A stretch of 63,991 nt of DNA, filler included, from Perkinsus olseni (taxonomy: Eukaryota): assembly GCA_013115125.1 (NCBI GenBank). It is 5 parts of 5 records of this genome, joined end to end, with 100 filler letters (N's around TTAATTAATTAA, not from the genome) between each part and the next. Parts side by side here need not be neighbours in the genome. Positions count along the whole stretch, not along the records: positions 53,520 to 63,991 come from JABANN010000872.1; 4 more parts are not named here. The stretch is one strand, 5' to 3'. How positions within the stretch are numbered: position 1 is the stretch's first letter; each line of letters opens with the position of its first letter. The position numbers and the translations under genes were made by a program. Under the pieces are notes generated by a model that saw nothing but the letters and a program-made list of their open reading frames with translations, searched no databases and was not told the origin of the DNA. Positions 59,060 through 63,991 of this stretch are shown here, piece by piece.

Positions 59060-60596
59060 GTGTCGACTCCTCCGCAGTCGAGGAAGAGGCCATTGGGAGT
59101 AACAGAAGGAGGTTTGGATATAGACTTCAACTCAACTGCTGCTACTCCATCAACAGCAGCTACTACCAGGATTATGGGAGATTCGGTGCTTCGAGGCGAT
59201 CCTCGCTCCGTGAGGGTAAGAATGGATGAGTCTCGGCCGATAGGCGAATGCACCCCGTCTACGGATGTGTTGTATCAACATGATGGTCAGCGGGCTGCTG
59301 CAGATGGGAATGATGCCTTCCAGGCGTCCCCTTCTTTCAGTTGTTCCGAGAAGACTCCACCGCCAGCAGCATCCCGCCACAGACGCCGCGGTATGTCGTC
59401 AAGCGACTTCCACCTTTGAGTGCAGCGCTCTCACCACTACCAAAACTGCAAGCGTCGGCGACTACGCCGACGGGAGAACATGCCGCGTATATGGCGGATT
59501 CTCGATTGGTTAATGAGGAAGAAGAGGAGGAAGCTCCGATGACGCCTCAGCGAAAGGTGATAAACCAGCGTTAGCAGGCATCCAATAATCCTTTCCCTGT
59601 TGAGTCTGCGTTTTCTGGTCCCTCTGAGTCCTCGTTCTCCCCTTCTCTGGAATGACTGGCCGTGTTTCAGCCGGGCTCGAGCAGGCGTTCGAGAAGCCCC
59701 TCGCCTCCCAAGATAGACAAATACCGCAGTCGTTGCCGCCCGATGCCCTGTGATGGCATCCCGGTACGGAGACTCGCGACGGAGTTCGAGCGAATGCTAG
59801 AAGAAGGGGAGCCATCGGTGGCTACAGTGATACCAATGACTCCTAACTTTCCAGCGCTTTTGGAGCTTCCTCGGCTGACTTTCCTTTATTCTGACGAGGA
59901 AGAGTCTGATGAGGATCTCATCAGTCCAGGGGTAATGGGTGAAACTCATGTCGTGTGCTATGGGTGCAGTATGACGAGCATTCAGAGCCGTCTGCCGAGG
60001 GTTCCACGCATCAACGGAGAGGCGGCAGCAAATGCAGGCCCGTCGACTGGTCGTTCCACTATGGTGCCCGAAGAGCTCGAGGTGCTGCCGCCCTCAATGG
60101 TGACTATTATTGCCTGTTCTATAGGAAAGAGGCAGTCATACACCGTCGTCAACCGGTGAAGGCTACTCTATGCCGCTGAAGGACGCTCTGGCAGCCGACT
60201 TGGAGGCGCTGTTCCTCGAGATGGATCAATATCAGTAGAGCTGACATCATCGCCTCGAATTTCATGCTGCTACTGCAGAATCCCGTCAAGAGTTGCAGCG
60301 CGGAACCTTCGCAGTCGATCGGCACAGTATGCCGAAGTTGAGGACATGAACAAGATACTGCTGGAGATTGTGGAAGTAGGCGGAGTGCAAGTTCGTGGTT
60401 GCCAAGATACCGTCCCGTTCGCTCGCAGCTCTTAGTGTGTGCTGGGGTCAAGTGCTGCACCATGCAATCTTGTCTTAGGAACATCCCCAGCAATTCTGCC
60501 TCAAGGGGAATATCATTCACTTCATGCAGCAGCCGGAGGGCGGTGGAGGTCTTGAAGAATAGAGTCTCTGTATTCTCATTGAAGTATCGGCTGTGA
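59060..60596 (+). CDS. Hypothetical low-complexity protein, multi-exon
   Basis: Chain of plus-strand ORFs with splice-like junctions; no family recognised. Confidence 0.35.
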
Positions 60597-61007
60597 GCAG
60601 CTCATGGTCATGTGTACAATAATAGATCAATCACAATAGCTTGCCAGCTGGGCGGGCGTCGCTGGGGCCATTAATTTTCCTGCTAGAGCTGTGTTGTGTC
60701 ATAGTCAGTGGTAGCGATTAAGCGTGGCACTCGATAAGCTACGGTTGAGCGTTGTGGGCATCAATGTGAGTCTTCAATAATTGAAAGGGTAGTAGGTCTG
60801 ATTGTCGAGCTCCGAGGCAGAGGCCAGTCGCTCTCTTGTTAACCGGGTGGATCTTCACGATCAGTGTCTCGGCCCTGGTCACGGGAAATGGCGCCGAAAC
60901 AGAAGCCCGTTGCCGAGCCAGCTCCGGTTGAGGTTGATGATCAACAGCAGACAGAGCCGGGTGATGAACCTGTCGAGGACCCGAGGTGTGATTTAGAGGA
61001 ATTTCCA

Positions 61008-62260
61008 ATGATGGTAGACACCGTGAGGGCGTAGCCTTCAGATCCCTTGGAACGGGTCACATGCTGTGCCTGCTCGATGACGACATCCGAGCGATTTGGG
61101 ATGCACCGGAAGTCGATCGACTAAGTTTGCTAGCCGAAAGGATACCCATCGAAGCTGCTGATAACTTCAGAGAGGAGATAGAGATGCAGCTGTGAGGGTC
61201 AGCTGTCTGCCTATTTCCTGTCACGAGACCTGGATCAGTTATCTTACTCTCATTGAGCACTGCAGTGATCAGCGAAAGGATGGGTTATGTTTGACGGCTA
61301 GGCAGACATCGGTCGCTCTCATGATGGTAAAGATGCTCGTCGATGATGTAGCCGAATAAGTGTTGGTGGTTTCGGTGAATTATCGCTTCAGATCCGAGCT
61401 GGAGTAGAGTTGGACGCCTCGGGTGAGGTTGTTCGAACCGTCGAAAAAACTGCTGCGGTGGACAAGTTCCGAGAGCTCGCCCTCACCTATACAATAGAGT
61501 ACGTGATTCATGCGGACATGCAGCAGCTTGCCCTTCTCAGCATGCCTGTCTTTTCTCCTCCGGAGATGCGCCTCTTGTCGGATTATCTCGGCCTCACTTT
61601 CTTCGCTCATTATAACCTTTACATGTACTGCTTAATGTGCCCCCGGCAGATGGAACGGATAGAGGTACCTGGGTGAGGCGGGCGACCTTCCCCTTCGAAT
61701 ATGGGGCCTTAGGTTACTTTAGTGCTGCCCGAACCCGAAGTGCCCCCGCCATTGGAGGAAGCTGCTGAGCTTAGTGGTAGGACGCATCTTGCATCTATTG
61801 ACACACTGTAGGGAGGATACCCCCTTGTAGATGATATCTCAGGAAGTAAGCAGCCTTTGGAAGCCGTTGCACGCAGTACCAGCCAGGAAGTCGACGTGAT
61901 TCTGGAGGAGGATACGCCGGATGAACCTGTGCAGGACTTGACCAGTCCTCCGGTAAGAAAGGGTTTCCTCGACCGAATTCATGAGATTAGGTTGAGGATG
62001 GTCAAGTGACTGTTGGTGTGCAAGAACTGATCGAAAGTGGCCTGGATGAAGGTTAGTTTCCACTGTGAACTGAAACATCCTCTAATGAACACGACCTGCA
62101 GCTACAGCCCTTGCGGTAAGTGAGAAGTTATCAGAGCTGGTTTCTATTATGGAAAAGAAACTCGATAATCGAGAAAAGTGAGGCACCCTGTTCTATGGTG
62201 CGTCATCCCTGACTTGACAGGGAGTTAGACAAGAAGCCACAGTGCACTGCTGAGGGGTAA
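61008..62260 (+). CDS. Flagellar central-pair C1a-32/CFAP119-like protein, multi-exon; end approximate
   Basis: LTARQTSVAL, FRELAL and VFSPPEMRLLSDYLGLTFFAHYNLYMY match the CLAMP/C1a-32 pattern (TFFxHYxLYxY) as I recall it. Confidence 0.65.
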
Positions 62261-62548
62261 TGCATGTCTTGATGGTGCTGGTGAAGCCGCGTGTATTGCG
62301 TTCCTAGTAAGTAGTGACTCAGTAGCCGAATGCTCAGAGCATCGACCGTCGATGCGTTGCCACGAGGGAGCGTAACTTATGGAAAAGACTTCACTCCTTC
62401 CTTGAGTGATTCCAGGTGCACTCTCCGCCCTGGTGCTGTGCCTCATCACCGAAACGCAGCGTTTCGATGAAACTTTCGATAAAACCCAGCGTTGATGAGA
62501 CTTCGCCGCGGCCGAGCTAGCGTTGCGTTTGCTGGAGGGTCCTACAAT

Positions 62549-62589
62549 GCCGTCTAGTAGGGCAACACCGTGTTGCCCTCCTAGACGGC
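62549..62589. repeat. Near-perfect 20-bp palindrome (one mismatch, 1-nt centre)
   Basis: gccgtctagtagggcaacac-c-gtgttgccctcctagacggc. Confidence 0.9.
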
Positions 62590-63158
62590 GTTTTGTGGAT
62601 CTGCCTTTTCAGCTTCCTGCCGGTGAGTTGGTGGCATCAACTTTATTATTTAATAATATATATTAGCTTAGTATTTAATATTATTACCTTATTATACCTG
62701 ATACCGCATATTATAGTGTTCAACATATACGCCTTAGCGCATGACGATAGGCCGTGGTGTCTTTCCTACTCGCAAGTGTATCGCTCCCCCTTCGTGCGTT
62801 GCGAAGCTGCGGTGAGGAGCAGACCGTCTAGTGAGCCGAGACTCGTTAATGGTCGGTCTTCATGGCACGTGTGTGACTAAGTTGCTGGTGAAAAAATTAT
62901 GTTTTCTGTTTTTCAGTTCCCAAAACGGAACATACTCCAATCTTTCCTATCTAATCCCAATCTGTTATCCCAATCCCATAATTCTGTTGATTCTTTATTG
63001 AACGTTGGTTTGCATAATTTTCCATCGCGATCATCTCGTGATTCCAGGTATCAGATTCTGTCAGGGAGCTCTCACTCGTTAGGCACTTCGTCTTGGGATT
63101 CATTTTCAATCTCATAGAGCATCTACCGGCAAGAGTCTCGTGGACGGCATTACTGAGC

Positions 63159-63231
63159 GGCCCTGCAGCTCAGTGGGTAAAGCGACGATCCTGTGAACTA
63201 TAGGTCGTGGGATCGACACTCGCCGGGAGTA
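63159..63231 (+). pseudogene. Degenerate tRNA-Ile-derived copy; anticodon position reads TGT
   Basis: Aligns with the 63794 copy without gaps; anticodon stem and T-loop are damaged. Confidence 0.75.
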
Positions 63232-63462
63232 TATGGAGATCGTGATGCGGAATCATGTTTCTATCGGTAGGATTCTCATGGGCGAAACAGCTCAATGGTC
63301 CAGTAGCTGAGTGATTAGAGCTACAGGTCATGCAGCTCAGTGGTTAGAGCTACTGGGATTATATGAGGAAGATATTGCAGAATAGCTTCAGGTAAACGAG
63401 TTTGAAGCGCCAAACGTAGCAGGTATCTATCGGGAAATGCCCCACGCGCGGCATTGCCCGAC

Positions 63463-63535
63463 TGTTTTGTAGCTCAGTGGTTAGAGCGATGGTCTCATGA
63501 GTTATGGGTCGTGAGTTCGATCCCTGCCGGAACTT
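63463..63535 (+). pseudogene. tRNA-Ile-derived copy with CAT anticodon; weakened stems
   Basis: TGTTTTG TA GCTCAGTGGTTAGAGC G ATGGT CTCATGA GTTAT GGGTC GTGAG TTCGATC CCTGC CGGAACT. Confidence 0.75.
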
Positions 63536-63627
63536 AGTGACTTCCGTTTCGCGGGCTAGCTTTAGGTTTGCGAATCCGAACGTTGAGGGCATATACAGCA
63601 AAAGTCTCGCGTACGGCGGCGCTCGAC

Positions 63628-63700
63628 GGTCCTGTAGCTCAGTGGTGATAGCGATGATCTTACGAGCCATAGGCCGTGGGTTCGACCCCCGCCGGGACTA
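63628..63700 (+). tRNA. tRNA-Ile-derived copy with TAC (Val) anticodon; possibly a pseudogene
   Basis: Only 4 differences from the 63794 copy, including one D-stem and one anticodon-stem mismatch; loop CTTACGA. Confidence 0.65.
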
Positions 63701-63793
63701 CGTAGTGGATGCGTAGCTTGCTAGTTGTAGTTTGGGGAATTCGAACGTTGAGGCCATCTATCGGCAAAAATCTCGCAGACGGTGTCGGTCAAC

Positions 63794-63866
63794 GGTCCTG
63801 TAGCTCAGTGGTTAGAGCGATGGTCTTATGAGCCATAGGCCGTGGGTTCGACCCCCGCCGGGACTA
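63794..63866 (+). tRNA. tRNA-Ile(TAT), intronless
   Basis: Complete cloverleaf: GGTCCTG/CGGGACT acceptor, ATGGT-CTTATGA-GCCAT anticodon arm, GTGGG-TTCGACC-CCCGC T-arm. It resembles intronless plant-type Ile(UAU) with G37. Confidence 0.9.
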
Positions 63867-63959
63867 CATAGAGGATGCGTTGCTTGCTAGTTGTAGGTTG
63901 GGGAATTCGAACGTTGAGGGCATCTATCGGCAAAAATCTCGCGGACGGCGTCGTTCGAC

Positions 63960-63991
63960 GATTCTCTAGCTCAGTGGTTAGAGCGATGGTC
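63960..63991 (+). tRNA. Next array copy; only the 5' part lies in the window
   Basis: GATTCTC TAGCTCAGTGGTTAGAGCGATGGTC; the anticodon is not visible. Confidence 0.7.

Larger units (their letters stand above)
63117..63991 (+). repeat. Tandem tRNA array, ~166-bp unit (73-nt tRNA plus 93-nt spacer); runs off the window
   Basis: tRNA starts at 63463, 63628, 63794 and 63960, with an older copy at 63159. The spacer ctagttgtag..gaacgttgagggcatctatcggcaaaaatctcgc..gac repeats. Confidence 0.93.

Noticed and set aside
63794-63866. G37 and the lack of an intron in tRNA-Ile(UAU) as a novelty
   Set aside because: As I recall, plant-type Ile(UAU) tRNAs have the same CTTATGA loop with no intron.
63117-63991. 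CRISPR-like array with polarised decay
   Set aside because: The spacers are homologous to each other, the repeat is a tRNA, and there are no cas genes.

Overview
Eukaryotic, intron-dense DNA of an alveolate parasite, most likely Perkinsus (inferred from ~50-nt GT/GC-AG introns, very short intergenic spaces, and apicomplexan-like Kelch13 and V-PPase genes). The window is not contiguous. It holds five contigs joined by 100-nt N/TTAATTAATTAA linkers. The three complete internal contigs are 13,297, 13,273 and 13,247 nt, consistent with size-sorting, so adjacency across a linker is not biological. Most genes are split across short exons that the ORF track does not show; I reconstructed them by hand and their ends are approximate. 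Contig 1: a SPATS1-like gene with a damaged tandem paralog, branched-chain aminotransferase, capping protein alpha, and a PIF1-helicase fragment. Contig 2: PDK1-like kinase, two intronless S41 proteases with lipobox-like signals, Kelch13 with an intronic tRNA-Phe, and tRNA-Gly. Contig 3: S10 carboxypeptidase, tRNA-Ala, an Atg11/17-like gene, a DMT transporter, a ZPR1-like gene, NOP53, a cytidine-deaminase/RanBP2-finger fusion, and V-H+-PPase. Contig 4: three maltose acetyltransferases, a catalytically degenerate ceramide synthase, TSSC4, a helical-repeat protein, and a non-LTR RT. Contig 5: NOG2, a CFAP119-like gene, and the edge of a 166-bp tandem tRNA-Ile(UAU) array whose copies carry different anticodons. 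Best leads: the anticodon-variant tRNA array, the lipobox S41 pair, the deaminase-zinc-finger fusion, tRNA T-arm fragments in introns, and recurrent locally templated patchwork insertions. No database searches were possible, so family calls rest on recalled motifs.
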